Virus record (IMG/VR): IMGVR_UViG_2718218133_000007
Strand: one strand, 5' to 3'
DNA: 46,024 nt
Origin: a virus
Taxonomy: Duplodnaviria; Heunggongvirae; Uroviricota; Caudoviricetes
Position 1 is the first letter of the stretch. Every line of letters begins with the position of its first letter. Below the pieces are notes generated by a model. The model worked only from the letters and a program-made list of their open reading frames with translations, was not told the origin of the DNA and ran no database searches. Below, piece by piece: positions 11,031 to 25,355 of this stretch. Made by a program: the position numbers and the translations under genes.

Positions 11031-11729
11031 TTACTGCGAAAGTTTGTTAATGGAAAGGAAGCCGCCAAAGTTGCCGACGTTATTGCGGAACTTACAACCG
11101 CTCAGGCATTTGCTGCATTTATCCTTCGTGATATCGGACGTTGGCTGGTCATATTCATCCGCGACCGCCGGACCGCTATAACCGCACTCGTCACCGCGAT
11201 AGGTCCAGGTGCAGGTGTTGGCCAGCATGATACGTCCCGGAAAAACAGCGCCATCCGTTTCCGTCGGCGTGGACAGTACAAAGGAGGCACTCACCGCGCT
11301 CAGTTCGCTGCACTGCTCAATGCGCCAGCGGCTGATCACCTCCTGCTCCGGATCGGCATAACTGTTTCCGTTGACGAAGTTCACCGCATCCAGAAAACGG
11401 GCGTAAACCTTACGCCGGACCACCGTTCCGCCGACCAGACTCTGCATATCTTCCGCCATCCCGGTGACCATACCGTACAGGTTAGAAACCGTCAGCGTGG
11501 GGCGCGTACTGGTGCCTTTGCCATTCAGTTCAAAACCGCTCCCCTGAATGGGATACGGCTGATACTGTCGCCCCTGCCAGGTGACCGGCTCACCTTTTTC
11601 GTTCTGCTCATTACAGAAAAAATAACGTTCTCCACCGACCTCTGTCAGGTCGATTTCCCAGAGCACCACGCTGGCCGACTGCTCCGCACGGGTGCATTCA
11701 TTCAGTGTTTCCTGCCGGATATCCTGCAT
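11031..11729 (-). CDS. L: tail tip assembly protein L
   Basis: 232-aa ORF, lambda L length and position. Confidence 0.9.
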   Translation of the reverse strand: MQDIRQETLNECTRAEQSASVVLWEIDLTEVGGERYFFCNEQNEKGEPVTWQGRQYQPYPIQGSGFELNGKGTSTRPTLTVSNLYGMVTGMAEDMQSLVGGTVVRRKVYARFLDAVNFVNGNSYADPEQEVISRWRIEQCSELSAVSASFVLSTPTETDGAVFPGRIMLANTCTWTYRGDECGYSGPAVADEYDQPTSDITKDKCSKCLSGCKFRNNVGNFGGFLSINKLSQ

Positions 11730-12058
11730 CAGTTCACCACCTGTTCAAACTCTGCGCTGAACTCAACACGCAGCATACTGACCCGCGACGACCATTTTGC
11801 GCAGGTCACCTTTATCTGCCGCCACTCATAAGGCGGCGTCCACAGAAAGGCTTTCCAGCCCCCGTGCTCTTCCAGAAACGACTCCAGTACCGTGGCCTCC
11901 TCACGGGGGACAGAAAGCGTCACGCTGTACGTTTTCAGGTTGGCATTCAGCCCGGCAGGCGCTCGCTGGGAACAGCCATCACCAAAGCGCACCTTTCTTA
12001 CAGAAGGGGCCGAAGCCACATCCATACCGGGTTTCACTTTCCAGCGGAAGGTTTTCAT
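11729..12058 (-). CDS. M: tail tip protein M
   Basis: 109-aa ORF MKTFRWKVKPGMDVAS… matching recalled lambda M. Confidence 0.9.
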   Translation of the reverse strand: MKTFRWKVKPGMDVASAPSVRKVRFGDGCSQRAPAGLNANLKTYSVTLSVPREEATVLESFLEEHGGWKAFLWTPPYEWRQIKVTCAKWSSRVSMLRVEFSAEFEQVVN

Positions 12059-14616
12059 CGTCCACCTCCGGAGAACAGACCACCATCACGCATCTGTGTC
12101 TGAATTTCATCACGGACACCCTTGCGGGCCATGTCATACACCGCCTTCAGAGCAGCCGGACCTATCTGCCCGTTCGTGCCGTCGTTGTTAATCACCACAT
12201 GGTTATTCTGCTCAAACGTCCCGGACGCCTGCGACCGGCTGTCTGCCATGCTGCCCGGTGTACCGACATAACCGCCGGTGGCATAGCCGCGCATCAGCCG
12301 GTAAAGATTCCCCACGCCAATCCGGCTGGTTGCCTCCTTCGTGAAGACAAACTCACCACGGTGAACAATCCCCGCTGGCTCATATTTGCCGCCGGTTCCC
12401 GTAAATCCTCCGGTTGCAAAATGGAATTTCGCCGCAGCGGCCTGAATGGCTGTACCGCCTGACGCGGATGCGCCGCCACCAACAGCCCCGCCAATGGCGC
12501 TGCCGATACTCCCGACAATCCCCACCATTGCCTGCTTAAGCAGAATTTCTGTCATCATGGACAGCACGGAACGGGTGAAGCTGCGCCAGTTCTGCTCACT
12601 GCCGGTCAGCATCGCCGCCATATTCTGTGCAATACCATCAAAGGTCTGCGTGGCTGCACTTTTTACCTGCGACATACTGTCCGTGGCGCTCTCTTCCCAC
12701 TCACTCCAGCCGGACTTCAGGCCTGCCATCCAGCTCCCGCGAAGCTGGTCTTCAGCCGCCCAGGTCTTTTTCTGCTCTGACATGACGTTATTCAGCGCCA
12801 GCGGATTATCGCCATACTGTTCCTTCAGGCGCTGTTCCGTGGCTTCCCGTTCTGCCTGCCGGTCAGTCAGCCCCCGGCTTTTCGCATCAATGGCGGCCCG
12901 TTTTGCCCGTTGCTGCTGTGCGAATTTATCCGCCTGCTGCGCCAGCGCGTTCAGGCGCTCCTGATACGTAACCTTGTCGCCAAGTGCAGCCAGCTGGCGT
13001 TTGTACTCCAGCGTCTCATCTTTATGCGCCAGCAGGGATTTCTCCTGTGCGGACAGCTGGCGACGTTGTGCCGCCTCCTCCAGTACCGCGAACTGACTTT
13101 CTGCCTTCCACAAATCCCGGCGCTGCTGGCTGATTTTCTCATTCGCTCCGGCATGCTTCTCCAGCGTCCGGAGTTCTGCCTGAAGCGTCAGCAGGGCAGC
13201 ATGAGCACTGTCTTCCTGACGATCGCCCGCAGACACTTTCACGCCGGACTGTTTCGGCTTTTTCAGCGTCGCTTCATAATCCTTTTTCGCCGCCGCCATC
13301 AGCGTGTTGTAATCTGCCTGCAGGATTTTCCCGTCTTTCAGTGCCTTGTTCAGTTCTTCCTGACGGGCGGTATATTTCTCCAGCGGCGTCTGCAGCCGTT
13401 CGTAAGCCTTCTGCGCCTCTTCGGTATATTTCAGCCGTGACGCTTCGGTATCGCTCTGCTGCTGCGCATTTTTGTCCTGTTGAGTCTGCTGCTCAGCCTT
13501 CTTTCGGGCGGCTTCAAGCGCAAGACGGGCCTTTTCACGATCATCCCAGTAACGCGCCCGCGCTTCATCGTTAACAAAATAATCATCCTTGCGCAGATTC
13601 CAGATGTCGTCTGCTTTCTTAAACGCAGCCTCTGCCTTAATCAGCATCTCCTGCGCGGTATCAGGACGACCAATATCCAGCACCGCATCCCACATGGATT
13701 TGAATGCCCGCGCAGTCCTGTCTGCCCAGGTCTCCAGCGTGCCCATGTTCTCTTTCAGGCGGCGGGTCTGGTCATCAAACCCTTTCGTTGCGGCCTCGTT
13801 CGCCGCCTGCAATGCCCCGGCTTCATCGCCGGAACGCTGCAACTGAGCAACATACGCAATCTGCTCCGCCGTCACGTTATGGAACTGGCGTGCCATCGCC
13901 GTCAGCCCCGACGTCGGGTCTGTGGTCAGCTTCCCGAAGGCTTCAGCGACCTTGTCCACCTCCACGCCGGATGCAGAGGAGAAACGCGCCACACTCTGGC
14001 TGATGGACGCAATCTGAGCCTCACCGCTTACCCCCGCCTTAACCAGTGCGCTGAGTGACTCGCTGGTCTGGTTAAACGTCAGCCCTGCCGCCTGCCCGGC
14101 TCTGGACAGGACCAGCATACGATCTGCCGTCAGACCCGACTGATGACCGGAAAGGACCAGCGTTTTGTTGAAATCGGACAGGGTTGAGTTGCCCTGATAC
14201 CAGGCATACGCCAGCGCACCGGTCGCCACCGCCAGCGAGGTGGCCCCCACCATCGGCAGGGTGATCGCACCGGCAAGCCCCCTGAACATGGGGATCATCC
14301 CGCCGAAGGAGTCCTTCACCTGCCCCCCCTGTTGCAGCAGGATCAGCCACGGACTTTGCCCGCCTGCAAGCTGCGTGGCCACGTCAGTGAACTGCGCAGG
14401 CAGCATACGCATGGCAGCTTTATACTGCCCGACGGAAATCCCCGCTTTCTGTGCAGCCAGCGCCTGTCGGCTCAGCGACTGTTCAACGACTGCCGCTGTT
14501 TTTTTCGCATCACTTTCCGTACCGGAAAAATGACGCCTGACTCTGGCCATCTGCTCGTCAAATCTGGCCGCATCCAGACTCAAATCAACGACCAGATCGC
14601 CTACCGGTTCAGCCAT
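12055..14616 (-). CDS. H: tail tape measure protein H
   Basis: 853-aa ORF (lambda H length), Ala/Gln-rich coiled-coil centre, Gly-rich C-terminus. Confidence 0.9.
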   Translation of the reverse strand: MAEPVGDLVVDLSLDAARFDEQMARVRRHFSGTESDAKKTAAVVEQSLSRQALAAQKAGISVGQYKAAMRMLPAQFTDVATQLAGGQSPWLILLQQGGQVKDSFGGMIPMFRGLAGAITLPMVGATSLAVATGALAYAWYQGNSTLSDFNKTLVLSGHQSGLTADRMLVLSRAGQAAGLTFNQTSESLSALVKAGVSGEAQIASISQSVARFSSASGVEVDKVAEAFGKLTTDPTSGLTAMARQFHNVTAEQIAYVAQLQRSGDEAGALQAANEAATKGFDDQTRRLKENMGTLETWADRTARAFKSMWDAVLDIGRPDTAQEMLIKAEAAFKKADDIWNLRKDDYFVNDEARARYWDDREKARLALEAARKKAEQQTQQDKNAQQQSDTEASRLKYTEEAQKAYERLQTPLEKYTARQEELNKALKDGKILQADYNTLMAAAKKDYEATLKKPKQSGVKVSAGDRQEDSAHAALLTLQAELRTLEKHAGANEKISQQRRDLWKAESQFAVLEEAAQRRQLSAQEKSLLAHKDETLEYKRQLAALGDKVTYQERLNALAQQADKFAQQQRAKRAAIDAKSRGLTDRQAEREATEQRLKEQYGDNPLALNNVMSEQKKTWAAEDQLRGSWMAGLKSGWSEWEESATDSMSQVKSAATQTFDGIAQNMAAMLTGSEQNWRSFTRSVLSMMTEILLKQAMVGIVGSIGSAIGGAVGGGASASGGTAIQAAAAKFHFATGGFTGTGGKYEPAGIVHRGEFVFTKEATSRIGVGNLYRLMRGYATGGYVGTPGSMADSRSQASGTFEQNNHVVINNDGTNGQIGPAALKAVYDMARKGVRDEIQTQMRDGGLFSGGGR

Positions 14617-15043
14617 ACCGGACTCCTCCTGCGATCCCTTCTGATACTGTCATCAGCATTGCGTCATCCTCCGTCATGTCCGCCACATCCGGGGAAGTAG
14701 GGATAACTTCATTCCCGTCCGGGCCAAAGCGGACACCTCCGGCAAGCCCTGCCGCTTTCTGCATCAGCACATCATCTTCAGGCTCTTCGTCAGCCTCGCG
14801 CCGGTTCAGCAGACTGAAATCCAGCGGATGCATATCCGGATCGCTGAAAAACAGGCTGAGCACGGTGTACGTCAGCCCGGAAAAGTGCATATCCAGCAGA
14901 ACATCATGAAAATAATGGGTACTGTAAAAGCGGTGCCAGTCGGCATACTCCGTGGATGACATCCCGGCAAGCATGGCACGCCAGTCGGGTCGCCCCATCT
15001 CACGCGCCAGTTTCAGGGCAAAACTCAGCTCACCGTCGAACAC
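14609..15043 (-). CDS. T: T segment of the G-T tail assembly chaperone (expressed only as -1 frameshift fusion with G)
   Basis: ORF in -1 frame relative to G, overlapping the G 3' end; slippery heptamer GGGAAAG present. Confidence 0.8.
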   Translation of the reverse strand: MFDGELSFALKLAREMGRPDWRAMLAGMSSTEYADWHRFYSTHYFHDVLLDMHFSGLTYTVLSLFFSDPDMHPLDFSLLNRREADEEPEDDVLMQKAAGLAGGVRFGPDGNEVIPTSPDVADMTEDDAMLMTVSEGIAGGVRYG

Positions 15044-15447
15044 TTTCCCGCAGAAACAGGTTCTGCGGGCCCGGCGTCCTCTGCCTGTTCAGGGGCATTA
15101 TTCACCACAAACTCATACATACCAGACAGCCGGTACACCACGTTTTCAGCATGAGAAATTGCCTCTGTGGGCCAGGTGGTAAGCACTTCCTGCTCAATCT
15201 GTTTAACGGCTTCATTCATGGAAGGCTGCTTTGTCTTCTGCGGATGGTTATGCCACAGGGACATCGCCACCAGAAACGCGCCGGTTCTGATGGCGTCTTC
15301 CACAGTAAACTTCCGGTTGCTGTCTGACTCCGCCTGTTCTGCCTGCCGTTTCATCAGGGCGAGATGCTCAATACGCTGCAGGGCTGACAGTTCAGAAAGC
15401 GTGACGGTCACACCGTTATGTTCAAATGATTCGGTTTTCAGGAACAT
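15025..15447 (-). CDS. G: tail assembly chaperone G
   Basis: 140-aa ORF MFLKTESFEHNGVTVTLSELSALQRIEHLALMKRQAEQ… matching recalled lambda G. Confidence 0.9.
   Translation of the reverse strand: MFLKTESFEHNGVTVTLSELSALQRIEHLALMKRQAEQAESDSNRKFTVEDAIRTGAFLVAMSLWHNHPQKTKQPSMNEAVKQIEQEVLTTWPTEAISHAENVVYRLSGMYEFVVNNAPEQAEDAGPAEPVSAGKCSTVS
15043..15049 (-). other. programmed -1 ribosomal frameshift slippery site (G GGA AAG) for G-T
   Basis: + strand ctttccc (~15043-15049) is the reverse complement of gggaaag, located just before the G stop as in lambda. Confidence 0.75.
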
Positions 15448-15462
15448 CTCTGACTCTCCGGA

Positions 15463-16233
15463 TTAACTGGCGGTGACGGTGATTTCTGCAACCGCAGCAA
15501 ACTCACCATTACCGGATACAATCGGAATGTTGACCTTGCCTGCAGCAACGCCATTCACGGTGATGGTCATACCACTGACCGACACGGTGGCTTTTGTTTT
15601 ATCCGCTGACACCGCACGGAAGCTCTTGTCGGTTGCGCCTTCCGGCTGGAATGCCACGGTCAGCGTGGTGCTCTTCCCTTTCACTACGGAAGCGCTGGCT
15701 GGCGTCACGGTCATACCGGTTACCGCTGTTACCGTGCTGCGATCTTCTGCCATCGACGGACGTCCCACATTGGTGACTTTCACCGTGCGGGTGATCACTT
15801 CCTTCGCCGTCACCGCCTTACCGATACTGCTGACCCAGCCGCGGAACACATCGACCGTGCCGTTCGGGAAGCGGATTTTATAGGCACGGGTATCACCTTC
15901 ATTAAACCACGCCAGCAGCGCCTGCTGCCCCTGCTCTCCGGGCATCCACGCCAGCGTGAAGCTGGTATCTCCGGCGGATTTCTGCCCCTGTCCGGTCGCG
16001 GTCCAGTCCGCATCTTCATCATCGAGATAACTGTCGTCATAGGACTCAGCGGTCAGTTCGCCGGGCGTCAGGTCTTTAACCTTTGCCAGACGCGACCAGT
16101 CATTGTCTGAAAGCGGGTTTGCATAAGGGTCGCCGCTCCCGTTATAAACCCACAGGGTGGTCCCGGCCCCTTTCACCGGTGCCAGAGGATTTGGTGTTGG
16201 CATATCGTCCTCACATTTCATAGGTAATGACAT
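15463..16233 (-). CDS. V: major tail tube protein V (with C-terminal Ig-like domain)
   Basis: 256-aa ORF matching recalled lambda V. Confidence 0.9.
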   Translation of the reverse strand: MSLPMKCEDDMPTPNPLAPVKGAGTTLWVYNGSGDPYANPLSDNDWSRLAKVKDLTPGELTAESYDDSYLDDEDADWTATGQGQKSAGDTSFTLAWMPGEQGQQALLAWFNEGDTRAYKIRFPNGTVDVFRGWVSSIGKAVTAKEVITRTVKVTNVGRPSMAEDRSTVTAVTGMTVTPASASVVKGKSTTLTVAFQPEGATDKSFRAVSADKTKATVSVSGMTITVNGVAAGKVNIPIVSGNGEFAAVAEITVTAS

Positions 16234-16606
16234 AAGTCAGATCGGCTGAACTCCACAGGCCCGCATCATCGTCGCGCCGGTAGTCATAGCCACTGGCCAC
16301 CATACTGGTGATCAAATCTGACAGTGCCGGGATATCGCTCATCACCGGATAAATCCGGGACTCCATCCACGCATCCAGCTCTGAATCCGGCACCTGAGCA
16401 GGCAGGAAAACTTCGATATGCAGCTCCGCCTGCCAGGTATCGCTGTCCAGCTCTTCGCCCGTGTATTCAGCGCCGGTGAGATAAACGGCAACTGCCGGAA
16501 AATCCGCCTCATCAAAAACAGCGGGGCGACCATCAAAAAACGTCGCCCCGGTGTCATGCTTCTCCAGTGCATCCAGTACGGCTGCGCGGAGTTCAGTATG
16601 TTTCAT
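16211..16606 (-). CDS. U: tail terminator protein U
   Basis: 131-aa ORF, lambda U length and position. Confidence 0.9.
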   Translation of the reverse strand: MKHTELRAAVLDALEKHDTGATFFDGRPAVFDEADFPAVAVYLTGAEYTGEELDSDTWQAELHIEVFLPAQVPDSELDAWMESRIYPVMSDIPALSDLITSMVASGYDYRRDDDAGLWSSADLTYVITYEM

Positions 16607-17181
16607 CGCTTTATTACCATTCTCAGTTGATGCTGCAGCGCATAGCCCAGCTCTTTCGGAAGACGTTCACGCCGTATCCGCTCAATATTCTGTTTAAACG
16701 CCGTGGTCAGCGGCACCGCCATCGGAATTTTCACCACATCAATGGGGTAACGGTTTTTCCCGGCCACACGCTGCATGACATGCCACCGGCCATTTTTCAG
16801 TTGCTGAATAAACGCGCCGGGAATACGACGGTTTCCCACCACAAGCACGCTGCCGCCACCTTTCAGGGATGAACGCTGCCCCTTTTTACGACGCCTGCGG
16901 CGCGAAAGGACAACCCGCGCATTACCCAGCTTGATTACGGGCAAATCCCCCCGGTTAACCCTGATTCTGGCCTGCGGATTTTTGACCGTGGCCCTTTTCA
17001 GCCTGGCCCTTTCCTTTACCAGTTTCCGGCGTACCTTTGTCTCACGGGCAACCTGTGACGCCGACTGCGATATCGCGGATGAAGCAACTCGGTTAATGGC
17101 CATTGCGGCGGCACCGGGCACCGCCGTTCTGCTGATACGGCTGAGGTTTTCAACGGCCTGCTCAAGACCTTTTATGGCCAT
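16603..17181 (-). CDS. Z: tail completion protein Z
   Basis: 192-aa ORF at the lambda Z position. Confidence 0.85.
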   Translation of the reverse strand: MAIKGLEQAVENLSRISRTAVPGAAAMAINRVASSAISQSASQVARETKVRRKLVKERARLKRATVKNPQARIRVNRGDLPVIKLGNARVVLSRRRRRKKGQRSSLKGGGSVLVVGNRRIPGAFIQQLKNGRWHVMQRVAGKNRYPIDVVKIPMAVPLTTAFKQNIERIRRERLPKELGYALQHQLRMVIKR

Positions 17182-17192
17182 ACATCCCCCTT

Positions 17193-17546
17193 TCAGCGGC
17201 GACGGTTAACGGCAGGCGGTACGCCCCGTCCAAGCCAGAGATGACAGCTTCCGCCATCATCCGGCGAAACCCGATCTACCCAGAAATTTTCCTCACCGAT
17301 GGTCAGCGTGTCTCCACGCCGCAGCTGCCGCACCTCATCAGTCCGGACAAACAGGGACGGGCTGGAGCCTTCAACGCGCACGCCCTGTCCGGCATAGCTG
17401 ATATTTTCAGGGTCATCAAAAACACCACGTATCACCGCACCTGACTGCTCACCGGATGTCATGGTGGCTGACGTTCCCATGTACCCGCGTATCGTTTCAT
17501 CGGCGCGGGCAATGGCAGCATCGAACAGGTTATCGAAATCAGCCAC
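17193..17546 (-). CDS. FII: head-tail connector protein FII
   Basis: 117-aa ORF at the lambda FII position. Confidence 0.85.
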   Translation of the reverse strand: MADFDNLFDAAIARADETIRGYMGTSATMTSGEQSGAVIRGVFDDPENISYAGQGVRVEGSSPSLFVRTDEVRQLRRGDTLTIGEENFWVDRVSPDDGGSCHLWLGRGVPPAVNRRR

Positions 17547-17557
17547 AGCGCCTCCCG

Positions 17558-17956
17558 TTATTGCATTCTGGCCAGGCCGCGCTCTGTCATTTCGGCTGCC
17601 ACACCGGCAGAGACACGAAACGCCGTTCCCGGCAGCACAAATGCCACAGGTTCATCCCGCGTGGCGTGAAGTGCATCAGTATGCAGCTTCACCAGTGCCA
17701 CGACCGTGACCAGTTCAGACGTATCCAGAATCACGGTATCCGGCTGCGCTGATCCCACCTCATTTTCATGTCCGGTCAGCACATTTTCCCGGCTGAGAGG
17801 GGTGTCCTGACCGGCAGTTTCATCCGTGTCATCAAGCTCCTCTTTCAGCTCTGCCACACGGAGCGCCAGTTCTTCTTTCGTCCCCGTCAGGCTGACATCA
17901 CGGTTCAGTTGTTCACCCAGCGAGCGGAGACGGGCAATCAGTTCATCTTTCGTCAT
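17558..17956 (-). CDS. FI: DNA packaging protein FI
   Basis: Start placed at internal Met (MTKDELIARLRSLGEQLNRD…) giving 132 aa as in lambda FI; ORF track extends to 17995. Confidence 0.85.
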   Translation of the reverse strand: MTKDELIARLRSLGEQLNRDVSLTGTKEELALRVAELKEELDDTDETAGQDTPLSRENVLTGHENEVGSAQPDTVILDTSELVTVVALVKLHTDALHATRDEPVAFVLPGTAFRVSAGVAAEMTERGLARMQ

Positions 17957-17997
17957 GGACTCCTCCACAGAGAAACAATGGCCCCGAAGGGCCATGA

Positions 17998-19023
17998 TTA
18001 CGCCAGTTGAACGGACACGAACTCATCAGGATCAGCCAGCAGCATCAGCGGTGCTGACTGAATCATGGTGAACTCACGCGCCGGATCGCCGGTAGTCACC
18101 CAGTTTTTCGGGTAACGGGCAGAGGCGTTAATGCCTTCGCGCTGTGCGTCCGCATCCTGAATGCAGCCATAGGTGCGCAGACCGCGAGCCTGAGTGTTCC
18201 CCAGCACCATCGTGTTGTCCGGCAGGAAGTTCTTTTTGACGCCGTTTTCCACGTACTGTCCGGAATACACGACGATGGCCACATCGCCATACATTCCCTT
18301 ATAGGACACCGCTTTGCCCAGGTCTTTTACCGCTGTCTCCAGCTCGGAATGAGAGCCGCGACGGGTATCCAGCTTCTCCTTGACGGCTTTGAAGGAACGG
18401 AACAGCGCCCAGCCTTTCGGATCAAACACGATGATATTCACCACACCGCTGGCGTTCAGCGCGTAGGCTTCGATATCGTCGGTCGGGTCATACGTGGACT
18501 TGTCACGCTTGCTCCACTCCGTGCCGCCGGACTGCGTGATGTTATTCGCCTCACTGCGGCCCATATCCACCTCAACCGGATCGAAGGCTTCACCGGTCAT
18601 GGTATATTTGCCCTTAAGCACGGCAGAAACTGCCTGCATCTCTTCGACCTGAGCAATGGCCAGCTCTTCGTCACGCATGTTCTGCATGATGATGCGACGG
18701 CGGCGGTAAGCCGGGTCCGCCAGATTCTGCGGATCTTCATCCGGCAGGCGACGCAGGGTCATCTGCGGATTCACTTCATGCTTGGGTTTGACATATCCCG
18801 GCGTAAATTCAGAGGTGGAGCCGCCACGGGAACGGATAACCTCACCGGAAACAATCGGCGAAACGTACAGCGCCATGTTTACCAGTCCCGGAATTTGTGA
18901 GAGATAGACTTTCTCCGTAGTGAAGGGATAGCTCTCACGGAAAAAGAGACGCAGAAACAGCGGATCAAACTTAAATTTCTGCTCATTTGCCGCCAGCAGC
19001 TGGGCGGTTGTGTACATCGACAT
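17998..19023 (-). CDS. E: major capsid protein E
   Basis: Start at MSMYTTAQLLAANEQKFKFDPLFLRLFF… (341 aa, lambda E length); ORF track extends to 19050. Confidence 0.9.
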   Translation of the reverse strand: MSMYTTAQLLAANEQKFKFDPLFLRLFFRESYPFTTEKVYLSQIPGLVNMALYVSPIVSGEVIRSRGGSTSEFTPGYVKPKHEVNPQMTLRRLPDEDPQNLADPAYRRRRIIMQNMRDEELAIAQVEEMQAVSAVLKGKYTMTGEAFDPVEVDMGRSEANNITQSGGTEWSKRDKSTYDPTDDIEAYALNASGVVNIIVFDPKGWALFRSFKAVKEKLDTRRGSHSELETAVKDLGKAVSYKGMYGDVAIVVYSGQYVENGVKKNFLPDNTMVLGNTQARGLRTYGCIQDADAQREGINASARYPKNWVTTGDPAREFTMIQSAPLMLLADPDEFVSVQLA

Positions 19024-19078
19024 AAAAAAATCCCGTAAAAAAAGCCGCACAGGCGGCCTTTAGTGATGAAGGGTAAAG

Positions 19079-19411
19079 TTAAACGATGCTGATTGCCGTT
19101 CCGGCAAACGCGGTCCGTTTTTTCGTCTCGTCGCTGGCAGCCTCCGGCCAGAGCACATCCTCATAACGGAACGTGCCGGACTTGTAGAACGTCAGCGTGG
19201 TGCTGGTCTGGTCAGCAGCAACCGCAAGAATGCCAACGGCAGCACCGTCGGTGGTGCCATCCCACGCAACCAGCTTACGGCTGGAGGTGTCCAGCATCAG
19301 CGGGGTCATTGCAGGCGCTTTCGCACTCAATCCGCCGGGCGCGGTTGCGGTATGAGCCGGGTCACTGTTGCCCTGCGGCTGGTAATGGGTAAAGGTTTCT
19401 TTGCTCGTCAT
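19079..19411 (-). CDS. D: head decoration protein D
   Basis: [27 protein letters not shown]…, 110 aa from second Met. Confidence 0.9.
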
Positions 19412-19420
19412 AAACATCCC

Positions 19421-20026
19421 TTACACTGGTGTGTTCAGCAAATCGTTAACGGCATCAGATGCCGGGTTACCTGCAGCCAGCGGTGCCGGTGCCCCCTGCA
19501 TCAGACGATCCAGCGCAGTGTCACTGCGCGCCTGTGCACTCTGTGGTGCTGCGGCCAGAATGCGGCGGGCCGTTTTCACGGTCATACCGGGGGTTTCTGC
19601 CAGCACGCGTGCCTGTTCTTCGCGTCCGTGAGCCTCCTCACAGTTGAGGATCCCCATAATGCGGCTGTTTTCTGCCGCAACCGCTGCGGTGATCTGCGCG
19701 TTCACGTCCGGCTGCGCCGCGCTGGCGTTCTCGCCCTCCGTCGCTGGCACCACGTCAGTAACGTCAGCCTGCGAAGCAGTGGCTGAAACAGTTGTTGATT
19801 GAGTCTCTTTGGTCATTCGCCCTCCTGAGAGACGGGATTTACGTGCATCCAGTGCATCACGCATGACGGTGATCGCATCGGTGCTGTTAACAAGTTCATC
19901 AGCCAGTCCGGCATCAATGGCCTCCTGACCGCTGTACACTGCAGCCTCGGTATCCAGCACAGCCTGCACGGACAGGCCGGTATATGCCGACACCTTCTGT
20001 GCAAACATCCGGCGGGTTGCATCCAT
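19421..20026 (-). CDS. Nu3: scaffolding protein Nu3 (in-frame internal start within C)
   Basis: Internal ATG (MDATRR…) about 606 nt before the C stop, same frame, as in lambda. Confidence 0.7.
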   Translation of the reverse strand: MDATRRMFAQKVSAYTGLSVQAVLDTEAAVYSGQEAIDAGLADELVNSTDAITVMRDALDARKSRLSGGRMTKETQSTTVSATASQADVTDVVPATEGENASAAQPDVNAQITAAVAAENSRIMGILNCEEAHGREEQARVLAETPGMTVKTARRILAAAPQSAQARSDTALDRLMQGAPAPLAAGNPASDAVNDLLNTPV

Positions 20027-20720
20027 CCGGGACTGCAGTGTTTCCCGGACATCATCCGGTAGATGGCTGTAGGGGTTGCCATCCACCTTATGGCTGCCGC
20101 TGTAAATCAGCGTGATTTCCACGCCCTGTTTCTCCAGCGCAGCACCGTAATTACTGTGAGCCATCATGACGCCGATGGAGCCTGTCCGGGCGGTCTGCGT
20201 GACCAGACGCCGGGAGGCGGCGCTGGCAAGCAGCTGACCTGCACTGCAGTTCATGTCGTTGGCCAGCGCCCATACCGGTTTTATGTCTCGCACACGGGCG
20301 ATGATGTCAGCACAGTCAAATGCTCCCGCCACCATCCCGCCCGGTGTGTCCATATCCAGCAGAATGCCGTCCACCATCGGATCGCTGGCAGCCTGTTGCA
20401 GACGGGCGATAATGCCGTTGTAACCGGTCATTCCCGAATACGGCTGCAGCGCCCGCGTCCGGCTGACCAGCGTACCGGACACCGGCAGCACGGCGATGCC
20501 GTTCATGACCTGATAACTGCGGGCCTGTCGTGGTCCGTCATCATCACCGGATAACGCCAGCGCCGCGGGTGCCTCTCCGGCAGTCAGGCTGTCGCCGGAT
20601 ACTGCATCCGTCAGGCGGCTGATCCCAAACTGGCCTGCAAGCGCACAAAAGAAAACCCGCGCATAGGCGGGTTCAAGCATCAGCGGCTCATTAAAAGCCA
20701 TGCTGGCAATATGCGGGAGA

Positions 20721-20740
<20 letters not shown>
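19421..20740 (-). CDS. C: capsid assembly protease C (GTG start overlapping B)
   Basis: 439 aa from a GTG at ~20740 (…V-TAELRNLPHIASMAFNEP…), 20-nt overlap with B as in lambda; S49-type protease fold region. Confidence 0.85.
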
Positions 20741-24421
<3,681 letters not shown>

Positions 24422-24447
<26 letters not shown>

Positions 24448-24967
24448 TCAGCAACCCCGGTATCAGTTCATCCAGCGCGGCTGCTTTGTTCATGGCTTTG
24501 ATAATATCCCGTTTCAGGAAATCAACATGTCGGTTTTCCAGTTCCGGAAAACGCCGCTGCACCGACAGGGGGAGCCCGTCGAGAATACTGGCAATTTCAC
24601 CTGCGATCCGCGACAACACGAAAGTACAGAATGCGGTTTCCACCACTTCAGCGGAGTCTCTGGCATTCTTCAGTTCCTGTGCGTCGGCCTGCGCACGCGT
24701 AAGTCGATGGCGTTCGTACTCAATAGTTCCTGGCTGGAGATCTGCCTCGCTGGCCTGCCGCAGTTCTTCAACCTCCCGGCGCAGCTTTTCGTTCTCAATT
24801 TCAGCATCCCTTTCGGCATACCATTTTATGACGGCGGCAGAGTCATAAAGCACCTCATTACCCTTGCCACCGCCTCGCAGAACGGGCATTCCCTGTTCCT
24901 GCCAGTTCTGAATGGTACGGATACTCGCACCGAAAATGTCAGCCAGCTGCTTTTTGTTGACTTCCAT
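24422..24967 (-). CDS. Nu1: terminase small subunit Nu1
   Basis: 181-aa ORF MEVNKKQLADIFGASIRTIQNWQEQGMP… matching recalled lambda Nu1; first gene after cos. Confidence 0.9.
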
Positions 24968-25144
24968 TGTTCATTCCACGGACAAAAACAGAGAAAGGAA
25001 ACGACAGAGGCCAAAAAGCTCGCTTTCAGCACCTGTCGTTTCCTTTCTTTTCAGAGGGTATTTTAAATAAAAACATTAAGTTATGACGAAGAAGAACGGA
25101 AACGCCTTAAACCGGAAATTTTTCATAAATAGCGAAAACCCGCG

Positions 25145-25156
25145 AGGTCGCCGCCC
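25145..25156 (-). other. cos cohesive-end site (cosN core, lambda-type 12-nt GGGCGGCGACCT)
   Basis: + strand aggtcgccgccc is the reverse complement of the lambda cohesive end; located ~180 bp upstream of Nu1; coordinates approximate to a few bp. Confidence 0.7.
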
Positions 25157-25355
25157 CGTAACCTGTCGGATCGCCGGAAAGGACCCGCAAAATGATAATA
25201 ATTATCATCTGCATGTCACAACGTGCATCTACGCCATCAAACCACGTCAAATAATCAATTATGACGCAGGTATCATATTAATTGATCTGCATCAACTTAA
25301 CGTAAAAACAACTTCAGACAATACAAATCAGCGACACTAAATACGGGACAACCTC

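Noticed and set aside
11019-11831. 270-aa plus-strand ORF overlapping L and M
   Set aside because: Antisense to two conserved tail genes; no start context; shadow ORF.
12910-14058. Multiple plus-strand ORFs (176-192 aa) inside the tape-measure gene
   Set aside because: Antisense to H, Leu/Arg/Cys-rich low-complexity translations; H is strongly supported.
25083-25340. 85-aa plus-strand ORF spanning the cos site
   Set aside because: Overlaps cosN and the cosB-type region upstream of Nu1; no RBS; composition not protein-like. More likely non-coding packaging sequence.
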